Origin: Lytechinus pictus
Lineage: Eukaryota
Assembly (NCBI RefSeq): GCF_037042905.1
Contig: NC_087263.1
Location: 14,634,001 to 14,698,000 of the forward strand
Reading direction: 5' to 3'
Length of the DNA: 64,000 nt
Shown here: positions 24,724 to 36,740 of the stretch, one piece after another
Position numbering within the stretch: the first letter of the stretch is position 1
Layout: each line of letters begins with the position of its first letter
Translations under genes and position numbers: made by a program
The notes under the pieces: generated by a model
Told to the model about the DNA's origin: nothing
Database searches by the model: none
The model's input: the letters and a program-made list of their open reading frames with translations, nothing else

Positions 24724-25460
24724 CTGGGGCATGTAACAAACAGCTTAGCAATGATCGTAGAACAATTTTTTACGGTTGATTGCATTGACTACAATGCACA
24801 ATCAATCGTGAAAATCAAGCGTACGATCAATCGTTAACCTTTGTGTTATGGGACCCTGGTCTTTACAAGGATAATATTCCAAACCACGCTTATTTGGAAT
24901 GCCAGGCTTCATAACATTTCTTACTTAGTCATGGCAATTATAATGTATCAACTAATTCATTAAATTAAAAATATTTTTTGTATTTTCCTATTCTTCTCAT
25001 TCGACAACCATATCAACTTTTGACAACTTTTTCGCAGAAGGATAAAAGTCATTTTCATTTAAGGTGAAGGAATTGACAATGTTTCTTAAATCTGACTGGC
25101 TGAGTTCCTTGGATAGCTGTCGGATAAAACATCCGACAAATCTTTTATGAATATGTATCGAATATGATTTAGGGTTCAACATGGAAAATTGTTAATCTTA
25201 ATTTGTCAAGAATGTGACTAAGTATTTTTAATGTTTCTTAACTACATGTATTATCAGTAAGGGGCCCACTATACATGTATTTCTATCTTTATCTCACTCT
25301 CTCTCTCTCTGTATTTCGTATTTATATATTTTATTTGTAACTTTGGGTTTCACTGTAATTGTCCATATTAGTGTTTGTTTGTAAAATTGAAAATTATCCA
25401 ATATGTGTGGATTTTGATCAATAAATTTTGAAACTTGAAACCTTTAAATGTTCCACAAAT

Positions 25461-25552
25461 CCCTCCACCCCTCCACCCTCCCTCCCTCCCCCTCCCTCCC
25501 CCTCCCTCCCCCCCCCCCTCCCCCCTCCCTCCCCCTCCCTCCCCCCTTTCCC
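25461..25552. repeat. (CCCT)n-like C-rich tract (G-runs on the transcript strand)
   Basis: Direct observation. Confidence 0.95.
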
Positions 25553-25569
25553 TAATCATAATAACCAAC

Positions 25570-25860
25570 CTGTGGTATGCTCAATCATAGCAGCAGGGCT
25601 CAGGAGCTCAGGGTACTGATCAAACTGATAGAGCCCGGATGCAACCACGAGACGATAGTTCGTGCCGTTATCCAGGCCGGTGAACGTGGCTACGAGCGGG
25701 ACATAGGCTGAGACTGCGGGATGTGAAACCTCACTCCCATCGGGATGCACAAGCGTCGCAAGATAGAACTCGGACCCACTTGTAGGTGTCCAAGAGATCG
25801 TGATCTCCTTGTCATTAGATTCGTCTTCAAGGACTTCTATTGCAGATGGTCGCAAGGGAG
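25570..25860 (-). CDS. exon 23, FN3 domain 21 (A)
   Basis: TGTAG / GTTGGT, 291 nt; PLRPSAIEV...GLDNGTNY. Confidence 0.88.
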
Positions 25861-26133
25861 CTACAGAGAAAAGAAGGGTTAAGGTTTTTATCACAGATTT
25901 CAGTTCAGAAAAACAAAATACTTGGGCATAAAGACAGTTTTCATTCAGTTGGTTACTACCCAAATACATGTACCATATGGGGTAAACCCAATCAGTCTAA
26001 TTGCCATTTGGTCTATAGTACACTTGGTCTAATATCAATAGTCCTTTCATATCCAAAGTTCTTTGGAAGCGCATAGGGACATTATGTCATAATGTGATAT
26101 GCACTATATATCATATAGCGCATATCACATCAT

Positions 26134-26690
26134 ATTGATTGATTGATTGATTGATTCTTTATTTCCATGCAAAAATAAATCATACAACAGAAAATATATT
26201 GACAATATCTCATGGTAAAATAACAATAAACAATCATTGCATGGGAGGGAACAGTCATAAGCACAAGGCTTGAAAAGGACGCCCCTCAAGAAACACTACG
26301 GCCCTGAATAAAATCAATATAAGTCATATTTAAAAATTACAGTAAAAGCAGGGCCAAAAGGAAAACACATCAAGCATGTCAAGAATAAATCAAATGATAA
26401 TAACACACCAGCCGTGTATCGATTAATATTACTATGTTTAACATAGATACGTCGTATAAAATAATACAAAAAATAAAGTATGCAATATGATGAAAGTCAT
26501 GAAACTGATGATAGAACAATATCTTAACTCAAATAAGTGCTAATAATGGAATGCTTAAACTCAAACTTAAATTTGTTCAATGTAGGAGCACCACGTATTG
26601 TTAAAGCTATATCATTCCAGGTATCTGGACCAGTATGTCTTATTGACCTATGGGCTAAGGCAGTTAGCGGATTTGATAAATGTAAATTTA
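26134..26690 (-). mobile_element. L2/CR1-group LINE 3' end with (ATCA)n tail
   Basis: HRSIRHTGPDTWNDI...TLNKFKFEFK stop, then 3' UTR, AAATAAA and ATCA repeats. Confidence 0.72.
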
Positions 26691-26784
26691 TAAATATAAA
26701 ATATTACAAGTACAGTATACATAATAGTTACATTTATATAGCGATTATTAAACTTTATTTTTGAGCACTTTATATTGAAATTAT

Positions 26785-26950
26785 TACCCCGGTCATCTGA
26801 TCCAGCATGCCCACACACAATGTACATGTATGCACTTTCGCCACTCCCTGGGGAGCATTCCAACAAGAGTTCAAAGACCCAATTGCTAGGGCTTTCGCAT
26901 CCTACCGGATACCCATTTAACACCTGGGTGGAGATTGGCAAATTGGCACA
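26785..26950 (-). mobile_element. SINE body fragment
   Basis: CCCAGGTGTTAAATGGGTA core shared with the SINEs at 36495 and 49910. Confidence 0.6.
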
Positions 26951-26954
26951 TTTC

Positions 26955-27322
26955 TGTTCTGAATTCTTTACAAACGACTGGTGATCCTTTCTTATGGTCA
27001 GTGATACACACCAAATTTCCATTGGTATTGATCTAGTTCATAAGAAAGGGTCACCAGTCTGCAAGCACATACCCGTTCTGAATTCTTTACAAACGACTGG
27101 TGATCCTTTCTTGTGGTCAGTGATACACACCAAATTTCCATTCGTGTTGATCTAGTTCCCAAGAAAGGGTCACCGGTCTGCAAGGACATGCCCGTTCTGA
27201 ATTCTTTACAAACGACTGGTGATCCTTTCTTTTGGTCAGCGATACACATCAGATTTCCATTGGTGTTGATCTACTTCCTGTAAGAAAGGGTCACCAGTCT
27301 GCAGGCACCTACCCGTTCTGAA
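26955..27322. repeat. 120-bp tandem repeat, 3 units, including the exon 22 donor
   Basis: Unit = MITE family 6 internal palindrome plus the TTCAGAACGG exon end. Confidence 0.9.
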
Positions 27323-27567
27323 ATCCCTTGTGATGGATTGGTCGAAGATTTGACCTACTTCAAACCTCATCACGGTGATTCTATACACAGAGGCTGGGGA
27401 CAGGCCATTTTCCTCCCACCTGGAGTTGAAGACCAGATCAGAGGCCACCACGGCGGATTCCTCGTTTAAGATGTCTAAAGTGGAACTGCCTTGCCAGATG
27501 GTCCAAGTAAAGAAAGCAGTGCTTTCATCTATCAGGTTGATGATCATAGTATTGTCTGGAAGTCTCC
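27313..27567 (-). CDS. exon 22, FN3 domain 20 (B)
   Basis: ACCAG / GTAGGT, 255 nt; AFFTW...GLSPASVY. Confidence 0.88.
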
Positions 27568-28262
27568 CTGGTAGGATTACAAAAAAGGCATTTTATAATA
27601 TTACATTTGGGGGTTTTAACCCGTTTATGACTACTGAAATCTGTTTTCCCCACAGGCTTTTCTAAGAAAAAATTGTAGAGAAGTGTATTTTATGATGAAA
27701 AACCGTACTCTCATAACTTGGTTGGTAAAATGAATTATATATGGAAAAAACATGTAATGGTTAGCACCTCTGTCTCAGTCACATCAGAAAGCTAAAATAT
27801 TGAATCTATGTTTTATAGGTATGGATATCATAGTGATTTCATTATGATAAATATTGGATTGAATTTTTTTTTTCCCTAACAGGTATTATCATTCATCTGC
27901 TTGTGTGATTGTGTTCCACTGTAATACCTCTTCCCACTGTTTGCAAGAAAGAATGGATAATTATAACAGAGGAGGCCCCAATCAACACAGAAGAAAATAT
28001 TCACAGGCCACGATTGAGGACGTGCCATTCCAATCCCAAATACTCCCCTTTTCTGGGTTTAGCAAAGCAGCTTTTAAAAGGGTTTTTCAAGGCATACTTT
28101 ATACATCAATATCAAATAAGGCCAATTTCACCCTCTTGAAAAATTAGATATAAATAAAATCGAGAACAATTTTACCACACCCGGGTTGAGTGCAGCACAA
28201 TCTGAATAGAAATCTTGCTGAAGGAAAATAACAGAAATGCACAAAATGCATAGAACACTCAC

Positions 28263-28441
28263 TGCTTTGAGCCACTTCGGACAAAGCTTCACTATCTTGT
28301 ACCGTATCATCCTGTCCGGTTACGGAAGTCAGGACCAAAGTATACTGCGTCTCCTGAAAGAGACCTTCCAGGGTCGTACTAGTCACGGTCATGCCCACCA
28401 CTTTATTCTGACTTACTCCATTCATTGGAGTGTAGGTGATC
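28263..28441 (-). CDS. exon 21, C-half of FN3 domain 19
   Basis: CACAG / GTGAGT, 179 nt, phase 2-1; ITYTP...GLFQETQY. Confidence 0.88.
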
Positions 28442-28900
28442 CTGTGAAACAAACAGATTGACCATTAAGAATGTAAATTAGATGACCTTTGAAGGTTTGC
28501 AAGGTGGTACAGTAATCGAGGTCAGGTCCAGAGTGTACCAAGTTTCTTGAAAGAGACCTTCTAGCGTTGTATCAACCACTTTATTCTGACTTGCTCCATT
28601 CATGGGAGTGTACATGATTCTGAAAAACAAAAAGATTGACCATTAAGAATGTAAGTTCGATGACCTTTGAAGGTTTGCAAGGTGGTTCAGTAATCGAGGT
28701 TAGGTCCAAAGTGTACCAAGTTTCGTGAAAGAGACCTTCGAGCGTTGTACCAACCACTTTATTCTGACTTGCTCCATTCTTTGGAGCACAGGAAATTCTG
28801 TAAAACAAAAACATTGACCATCAAGAATGTAAGTTGGATGACCTTTAAAGGTTAGTATGGTGGTAGAGTTTCTGAGGTCAAGCACAAAGTGTACCGAGTT
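28330..28900. repeat. 178-bp tandem duplications of the exon 21 acceptor and 5' coding part
   Basis: AG acceptors at 28441, 28619 and 28797. Confidence 0.9.
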
Positions 28901-29372
28901 GTATTGAGTGAACTGAACAACCAACAAAGTTGCCAGAGAAGGTTCTCCGGAAATAATTAGAAAAATAATCTGGTCCTCAAAGATTAATATTTAGAAAATT
29001 GTTGTATCTGAAAGAGCAATTCTTCTTCTTCATACTGTCAAAATTTGAAGTTGTAAAAATAAATAAAAGACAAGATGTGAGAGTTTCTTTGACACCTTTT
29101 TTTCAGACAGCTTGGAAGTTTTACTTAGATTATACATCTCATGCTTGAGTGAACCCCAAACTTCAAACCTTCCTTTGTTCTTATTCTTTGAATCTCTCGC
29201 TGAATTTCTTTAACATTTGTTGAATTGATAAATTTTGACAACTTATATATGTATATCATTTCAAAGCCTAGGATGTGCTTCTTTAAGTTCAATAAAATCC
29301 CAAAATTCATTTGAAGCAGCTAATCGTTGGAAGGCAGATCACGTATGGAACTGAACAGCGCTAGGTACCTAC

Positions 29373-29481
29373 CTAAAACCATTCCATTCTCCTTGTGCCG
29401 GAAGTTGCCAGCTGAGTCGGAAGCCGATTGTATTGCTAACATCAAGATCCTCGACAACCAGAGATGAAGGAGGAAAGGGAA
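29373..29481 (-). CDS. exon 20, N-half of FN3 domain 19 (A)
   Basis: AACAG / GTAGGT, 109 nt, phase 1-2; PFPPSSLVV...FRLSWQLPAQGEWNGFR. Confidence 0.87.
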
Positions 29482-29917
29482 CTGTTAAAGACATAGAGTA
29501 ATTGGAAACAGTTTATTCCTGAATTGCCATCACAAACATGTCCCCCCCAAAAAAAAAAAACGAATCCTTTCTTCTGATTAGTTTTAAATAGTGCAATATA
29601 TACATGGAAATATCACTGGAATTCTCTTTTCCCTTTCTTTCTAACTAGTCAAAATGTGTCTATATTCATCAATTCAACAATATGATTTTTCAAATTAAGA
29701 ATGGCCATTGTAAATTATGCAAATAAAGCAAGATTGAAGACGGAAATTAACACAAGTACAATTATCTTTGCAAGCAGTTGTGTTTGAAACATTTTTCGTT
29801 TGAAATTAGTGGTAGTCGGAAGCAGTCTTTATCATGATGATTGGTGGGATGAAATCTGTGCCGGTTAGGCCCAACCAGTGCTGACCACTGTAGCTATAGC
29901 GCTGTATCCGCACTCAC

Positions 29918-30169
29918 CTGTGTTTTGAATGATGCTTGAAGTAATATCAGGCTCTGAAGGTGATTCTGAGATGAGAGTTATGTTATACATCCGGCCTGGG
30001 GTGAGATCCGTGAAATCGACTCGTCTATTCATGATATTTTCAGTACGAACCCCTTCGGAGGGATCAAGGGTGACCAAGTACTGGTCCACGTTTGGAACAG
30101 CACCCCAGCTGACGGTAATTGAAGTCATGGAGAAGGACTGGACGGTTATCTCACCGGGGTCAGGAGTGT
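29918..30169 (-). CDS. exon 19, FN3 domain 18 (B)
   Basis: CTTAG / GTGAGT, 252 nt; DPGEITV...DLTPGRMY. Confidence 0.92.
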
Positions 30170-30319
30170 CTAAGGAAAAAGGTAAAAAAAAAGCTTTTAA
30201 TATGTGACCAGGCATGGCAAAAAAACGATAAAAAAACGAATCGTTCCGATTTGGGGGGGGGGTCTAAATTTTCGAAAAAATCATATTTTTCCAATTTAAT
30301 CAGGACATTTGAAAGGTAT

Positions 30320-30612
30320 GCTTTATAAACAGGTTTCACTGTATTAGAGGAACCTATCAATAAAGACACCTGCTCACAAAGACCACATATCTTGACTCCC
30401 TATGGTGGTCTTTATAAACAGGTTTCACTCTACTAGAGGAACCTATCAATAAAGACACCTGCTCACAAAGATCACCTATCTTGACTCTCTAGGATGGTCT
30501 TTATAAACAGGTTTCAGAGTATTAGAGGAACCTCTCCATAAAGACACCTGCTCACAAAGATCACCTATCTTGACTCCCTATGGTGGTTTTTACATGAAGG
30601 TTTCACTGTATT
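30320..30612. repeat. ~90-bp tandem repeat, about 3.3 units, Tc1/pogo-MITE-like end
   Basis: Each unit starts TACAGTGAAACCT on the minus strand. Confidence 0.8.
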
Positions 30613-30620
30613 AAAATTAC

Positions 30621-30893
30621 CTGTTGTTATGGAAACTGGGATGAAATCCATGAGGGGGAGACTCGTCAGTTCCGGGGAAGATAAAAACGAGTAGGCATCC
30701 ACGGTGTACGTTTCCCCTGGAACAAGGTTTTCAAACGTGACTTGGAAATCTGCTGCGCCGGCGAGAATCTCTTTTGATTCGCCGTTGGCGGTGATGAAAA
30801 CGCCATCGTAGTTGTCGGTCGGTGGTTCAAGCTCTACGGTAAACGAGAAGAAGCCTTTGGATATCTCGGATATACTCACAGGAGCTTTGGGCA
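30621..30893 (-). CDS. exon 18, FN3 domain 17 (A)
   Basis: TTCAG / GTAATT, 273 nt; PKAPVSI...NLVPGETY. Confidence 0.9.
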
Positions 30894-31379
30894 CTGAAGA
30901 AACAAACAATCAGGGAAAATTATAAAAGTTTAAATTTTATAGCATTTTAGTCATTCACTTTTTAAAAAATTTAAAAATATCACAAAAAACAGAATACATG
31001 TACATTCAAAATAAACAAACATTACAAGCAAAATTTTAAATTCAATATTTATCATATTTATCATTATAGGAAAAAATATGCAAGGAAATAGGGAATTTAT
31101 GGAAAAAAGGAGAAAGGTCATGCCTTGTTATAAAGGTGGTCCAATTAATCACAGATTTTGCTTGAGAAGAATCTCTTGGTAACAAAAGCTTAGATCAATG
31201 GAGAAAATGATAATCATGAAATTGGTAGGCTACCCCACAATGAAGTAAATTTTCATTTTCACGACATATCTTTTTCCCTAAATTTCTTTGATATACATAC
31301 ATGTAATGTTAAATTGAATAGTAGTCCATGAGGAATAGAAAGGAATAAGGTAGAACTAGCATAGGTAGCAAAACACTAT

Positions 31380-31678
31380 GGCCCGTATTCTGAAGTCAGG
31401 TTTAACTTAACCACTGTCTAAATTATGGGAAGCCAAAAGTGTTAAAATTTTTATTAAGATGTATGTTTCTTATGTTTACTGTGCTCTTTCCTGATTCATC
31501 GATGATGAAGACAATCATCTTTTTATACTTTCTAGACAATTATGAATGATTTGAGAGCCAAATGAGCTGAAATATGATATCTCTACCATTAGTGATTTAT
31601 GTAACAATTGGCTATTCATACTTAAACCACAACTTTAAACCTGAGTTTAATTTAAAACCCAACTTCAGAATACGGGTC
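31380..31678. mobile_element. MITE with GGCCCGTATTCTGAAG TIRs (partial at 16976)
   Basis: Terminal inverted repeats visible. Confidence 0.75.
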
Positions 31679-31738
31679 TATGATACATGTAGTATTGTAG
31701 TTTTTGGACAAGGTGCTCTAGAAACAGACTTTTATTAA

Positions 31739-32379
31739 CTCTTTGCCCAAGTTGTTCGACTAGAGTCACATACAGCAGGCTGCCAAGTTCCACTCAAGTC
31801 ACATTCTACTCACAATGCAGAGTGTATTAAGTCTATCGTTCATATACACACAAGATCTATGATGTCATAGATGAACAACTCTCCCCTTTTGGACACTGAA
31901 AATATACCCCAAAACATCTCTTTTTGCTCATTCTAATCATATGACAAACGATTCATCAATGATATAATGTTGTGAAACCTCTGTACTTGTCCTCTCATAA
32001 AGAGAACACCTCACCTTGTGATAGATTCTATAAAAGTGAGAATATAAGTGAAATAAGTACTAAAGCAATGAGGGAGTTGTACGTGTGTGCAATCACAGAT
32101 CTTGGTCGCATTGCCAATGGGAGGATCTACATGGCATTAGTGATCTCAATATTCAAATGCTCATAACTTTCTTATTATTCATTCAATCTTCCTCAAACTT
32201 TCAACAATATGTTTCTTTGATTTTTCTCTTTGATATGGATTCAGCTGGTTTCAAGGGTTTCATTCTCCTTTAAAAGCGATTGTGAGCTGAATAAGCATAG
32301 TCTATGCAAATCCCTTCTTAAGGTTGCCCCTTGAAATTAATGTGGCGTTGGAGTGATTCTGTCTGTGGCGGGCAAAGAG
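31739..32379. mobile_element. TTAA-flanked (piggyBac-like) element with a nested Kolobok-like fragment
   Basis: TTAA|CTCTTTGCCC...GGGCAAAGAG|TTAA. Confidence 0.65.
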
Positions 32380-32991
32380 TTAAAGTATTTTCATAGGTAT
32401 CCCCATGGCTTGATAATAATATGAAACATTTATCTAGTGCTTGATACAATGTTTCTAAGCACTGCATACTATTACCCTGGCTTTAGAATGGCCAGCCTGA
32501 TAAACATGCATGTTTGAAGGTAAAAGACAGTAGTTGCAGCAAACAATTAATTCATGAGAAAGTCTTTTAAATCAAGGATAATTGCCACAATATCATCATA
32601 TATCTAGATCTGGTACATTAATGTAAACTTATCTTTATGAAAACATGAAATCTTAGCCCAAACCAATAATTCTGATATTCACTTACACAGAAAAGCATAT
32701 GTCGGACAGTGTATTAACATTGCATGGACAAATATCCGGCATGTATGGAATTCTGTGCTTATTTTGCTCATTTCTCAGCAATTAAGCATTTTCTTCCAGA
32801 GCCATTTGGCACATATTTTTTAATTTACAGTGTACACATATATTTTTTTTATTTTCACAAACACAAACACTTGGGTGGTAGTTTTATTGGATTCTGTTCG
32901 AACTCATTTCTAGATCGTTACGACAACTTGAATTTATCTTTAACATTTAAAGGTACCATTAACTTTTATGCAACGGGGCCCCAGTACTCAC

Positions 32992-33273
32992 AAGTAACAA
33001 ATGTGGTAGTTGTGGTCGCCTCCACTGACAGAGTGTCGCCTCTAATGACTTCAAGTTCCACGTCATAACTTGTACCTCCAAGTAGGTCGATGACCTCTAC
33101 AAAGTATATCCCTTCAGTAACATCGATGGTTTGGCTGGCAGCTGAACCATCTGTAGGGGTGTACGTTATCCGAAATCGCACGCCGGTACTCTCAAAATTA
33201 TTTGCCGTAAATTGCAACGATGCTTCCGTGTCGAGGATGTTGACTGCCACAATCTCCAAATCTTCCAAAAAAT
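32992..33273 (-). CDS. exon 17, FN3 domain 16 (B), contains RGD
   Basis: CGCAG / GTGAGT, 282 nt; DLLGGTSYDVELEVIRGDT. Confidence 0.9.
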
Positions 33274-34628
33274 CTGCGGGGGAAAAAGATTGGAATTTCT
33301 TACTTTCAGTAACTGAAAAAAAAACATAAAGGCCAATACTACAAACCCCAGTTTAGCTTTATGGTCAAAGTCTGGGCAAAACTTATGGGAAGCTAAATTT
33401 TACAGTAGGTATTTTATTAATGCCAAAATACTACTTTATCTGTTTACAGAGAACCTTTCCTGGCAACTTATGGTGGCTGGTCAGATATAATACTACCAAC
33501 CTCAGTCCCATATGACAACATGAGCCAAGATTACACTACTTTGGTGAGTTGCCGTGGCAAAAAGAGCTAAGAATAGCGCACCAATGAAATTCTATGAAGG
33601 TATTAATTTTGTTACATTTCTACTTTGAATGCATTAGGGCCATTCCACAGTCAGTCACATTACACTTACGTGTCTTTTCTAATACTTGGTGCTGTCAGCT
33701 TTACAAGGGTGAGTCTTTTTGTAATTAATACTGTCAATTTATCTTGACAACTCGAGCTTTACAACAATACATATAGAAAGGTTGTATGCTGTATATCGTG
33801 GACGCCATGACGTCCCAAAAATCGGTCAGTTGCATTACACAAAAGGACATAAAAAATAAGTGACTGATTACTTATAATGGTTCTTTCAATAAAAATCCCT
33901 TCACCAATTTCAATACCTGCAAAACATTACTTACATATATACATCTCAAATAAGACATTTGAATTTGGGAAGCATCTTCAAGCTTCTTTTGTTGATACAA
34001 GACTCTGGTCAAATTTGACATTTTTAAACCCTTCCACAACTTATATTAAAAAATTTTCTTTTAATATGATGTAAAATTATGACCTTCAGATTAACTTACA
34101 GAAAATTTTACAAAACAAACAATAGTTTTCTGTTAAATTGAAAATAAGTGAAAAATAAATACATGTAGTCCCATGTATTTAACTTCCTGTATGGTTTGGA
34201 TTCTCTTATTAGGAGATGCGTAAGAAAAAAATTGAGGCTTATTATGACCACCTTTTGTATTTATGTACTTCCTTAGAAATTAGTATAAATAACAAATCTC
34301 GATTCAGATGTGAAATAGAGCCAATATAAATTTTTGGAAAATGTCCATTTTTGCTTGGAATCGCCCATTAGCATGTTAATATACCAATATACTTGGTCAA
34401 CTGTTAAATACCAGTCAGTGGTGGACCCATTATTGTTTTTTGTGGATCTAATGAAAAGCAAAATCAAAATTAATATATGAATAACCAAGACATCAAAGTT
34501 GGAGCTTATCTCATTAAATATTACACCACCATGTCACTTTAATGTAAATGACCTTTTTTCAGATCATGCTCCGAATCATCTATTCAAGCGCAGAATGGAA
34601 CTACGAACTGGACTATTCACACACTAAC

Positions 34629-34907
34629 CTGTCGTTGTAACGATCTGGAAAGGAGCGCCAAACGTCTGACAGTTACTAGCTTGCCCGGAGAGACTGACCA
34701 CTTGAATGTCGTAAATGGTTCCAGGTCGAAGGCTTTCGATTACATAACTCTGTTCAGTGACTACGATAGGGTAGTTCCCAGGCGTAGGAGGGGGGATCAC
34801 CCTTAATTCAAAGCCATCCGATGTTGCGCCGTCTGGGATATCCCACAAGAGACTAATTGACGTGGAAGTCACAGATGTCATCTGGGCATATGCAACCGCT
34901 TCAGGTA
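34629..34907 (-). CDS. exon 16, FN3 domain 15 (A)
   Basis: CACAG / GTTAGT, 279 nt; SISLLW...SLRPGTIY. Confidence 0.92.
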
Positions 34908-35209
34908 CTGTGTTGGAGAAAATGATCAAAAACAACCAAAATTATGAATATGAATGAACAAAAGTGAAAGGACTCACAGATGAAAGGACTCACAGATGTA
35001 ATCTGTGAGTCAAAGTTGGCCAAGTTTGATGTAATCAAACTTGGCCAATTTATCAAAGTAGATTCATACCTGCCTTACTAAATATGAAAGACTGAACTTT
35101 ATGATAAATCCAGCCAACACCGTTCAATTGGAATAAATTGAAACCGGATTTAAAACTTTGGATAACTGACTGACTAGATGACGGCAGTCACATGCATACA
35201 TTTACTTAC

Positions 35210-35473
35210 ATGATCTCACATCCTTGGAGTTTGCTGCTTGAACAACATCAGCGCTATCAATGATCTCTATGGTCACTTCATACAGTGTGGCCGGCTGCAC
35301 GTCAAATGTGTGGGAGGTGACAGAATCGGAATTGAGATAGGACGCTTCAGCTAATATGGTATCGGAGTCCTTCTCTTGGATGTAGACGCGATGGGTGTAT
35401 GGTGTCTGCCGGGTCCATCTTATCGTGATGGAGTGGGTAGTGAATTCATCCACCACAGGAACACCTAAAGAAA
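35210..35473 (-). CDS. exon 15, FN3 domain 14 (B)
   Basis: TTGCAG acceptor (an alternative in-frame TTTAG lies 9 nt downstream) / GTAAGT; SITIRW...VQPATLY. Confidence 0.86.
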
Positions 35474-35479
35474 CTGCAA

Positions 35480-35960
35480 GTAGACGAAGAAGAGGTAGAA
35501 CAGAATGAAAGGAAAGAAGAGGGAAAGGAAACAGAAAGAGGAGGGAAGAAGACAAAGTACAAGCAGGGAGGAAGAAAAAAGAGGAGAAGGGGATGTTATG
35601 AATAAAGTAGTAGAAGAAGATAAAGGAAAAAGAAGAAAACAAAGAATAAGAATTAAAAAAAAAAAGAGCAGAGAAGAAACAGACGGGGGAGGAGAAGATG
35701 AAATAAATAAGAGAAAGGGAGAAAAATAAGATGAAGATGAAGTAGAAGAGGAAGAGGAAGAAGGAAAGGGGAAGGAGGAGAAGAAGATGAAATGAATGAG
35801 AAAGAGGAAGGGAGAAAAATAAGATGAAGATGAAGTATAAGAGGAAGAAGAAAAGGAGGAGGAGAATGAGGAGAATGAGGAGGATAGGGATGATATTGGC
35901 ACAGAAGACAAAATAAAAGATGATAACAAAGAAGGTTAAAATGAAGGAGCAAAGGATTGA
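35480..35960. repeat. Purine-rich low-complexity tract (similar at 44420-44580, 44750-45000)
   Basis: GAA/GAG-rich; pyrimidine tract on the transcript strand. Confidence 0.9.
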
Positions 35961-36492
35961 TATCATAAAGAATTGTCTACGTTGATATCAATTATAATTT
36001 TATATGTTCATTGAAATATGATCATTCTAAACAGGGACCCATCTTACGAAGAGTTGTGATTGATCCAATCAACCTCAACTGTGGAAATCAATGATTTTCA
36101 TATTTCTTCCCACATACAAACTTGCAGTGTCTTTTGTAAACAGAGAGGAAGCACACCAAATTGCCAAGACAATAATGAATGCATGAGTATATATCATATC
36201 TAGAAAACATTTTGAACAAAATAATGTGCGTATTTAGATGGTGGACTTGCTGGCTTTCGATAGTTGTTGCTGATCGGATCAATCGCAACTCTTTGTAAGA
36301 TGGGGCCCAGATGATGTTACAATAGGCATTTGCACCAACTTTTGAACAAATGTTGAATCAACAGTATTGGATAAACTTTTATTGAAGTGAAAAGGGATTT
36401 CCCAGGACTCTTTTCTCATTTTTTGAGAGCTCTTTTGAGCATTTCAGGAGCAAAATTGCCCCAAGCCCCCATGTAATTTTTTTCCCTGCAGG

Positions 36493-36740
36493 GGGGAAGT
36501 TGTGGTCTAGTGGTTACGACTCTCATCCTTCAATCACAGATACATGTGTTCAAATCCCAGCGATGGAGTGTTTTCCTTCAGCAAGAAATTTACCCACATT
36601 GTGCTGCACTCAACCCAGGTGAGATGAATGGGTACCTGGCAAGATAAATTCCTTGAATGCACCAAGTGCCATAAGCAGCTGGAGGTACAGACAGGGTAAA
36701 ATATAGTATGCCATTGAATAGGCATATTGTAAATGCTATA
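36493..36740 (+). mobile_element. tRNA-derived SINE
   Basis: A box TGGTCTAGTGG, B box GTTCAAATCC; body shared with 49910, 50120 and 28180; tail split by a Tc1-type MITE. Confidence 0.8.

Noticed and set aside
6037..30612. Regularly spaced repeats (6037-6452, 10002-10307, 18370-18576, 26955-27322, 30320-30612) as CRISPR arrays
   Set aside because: Units repeat in full with no unique spacers, there are no cas genes, and the context is a eukaryotic intron.
35465..35966. Hydrophobic multi-TM-looking ORFs upstream of exon 15
   Set aside because: Translation of a T/C low-complexity tract; only 35210-35473 is FN3 coding.
36493..36570. tRNA gene
   Set aside because: A/B boxes are present but continue into a SINE body and tail, and no intact cloverleaf was seen.
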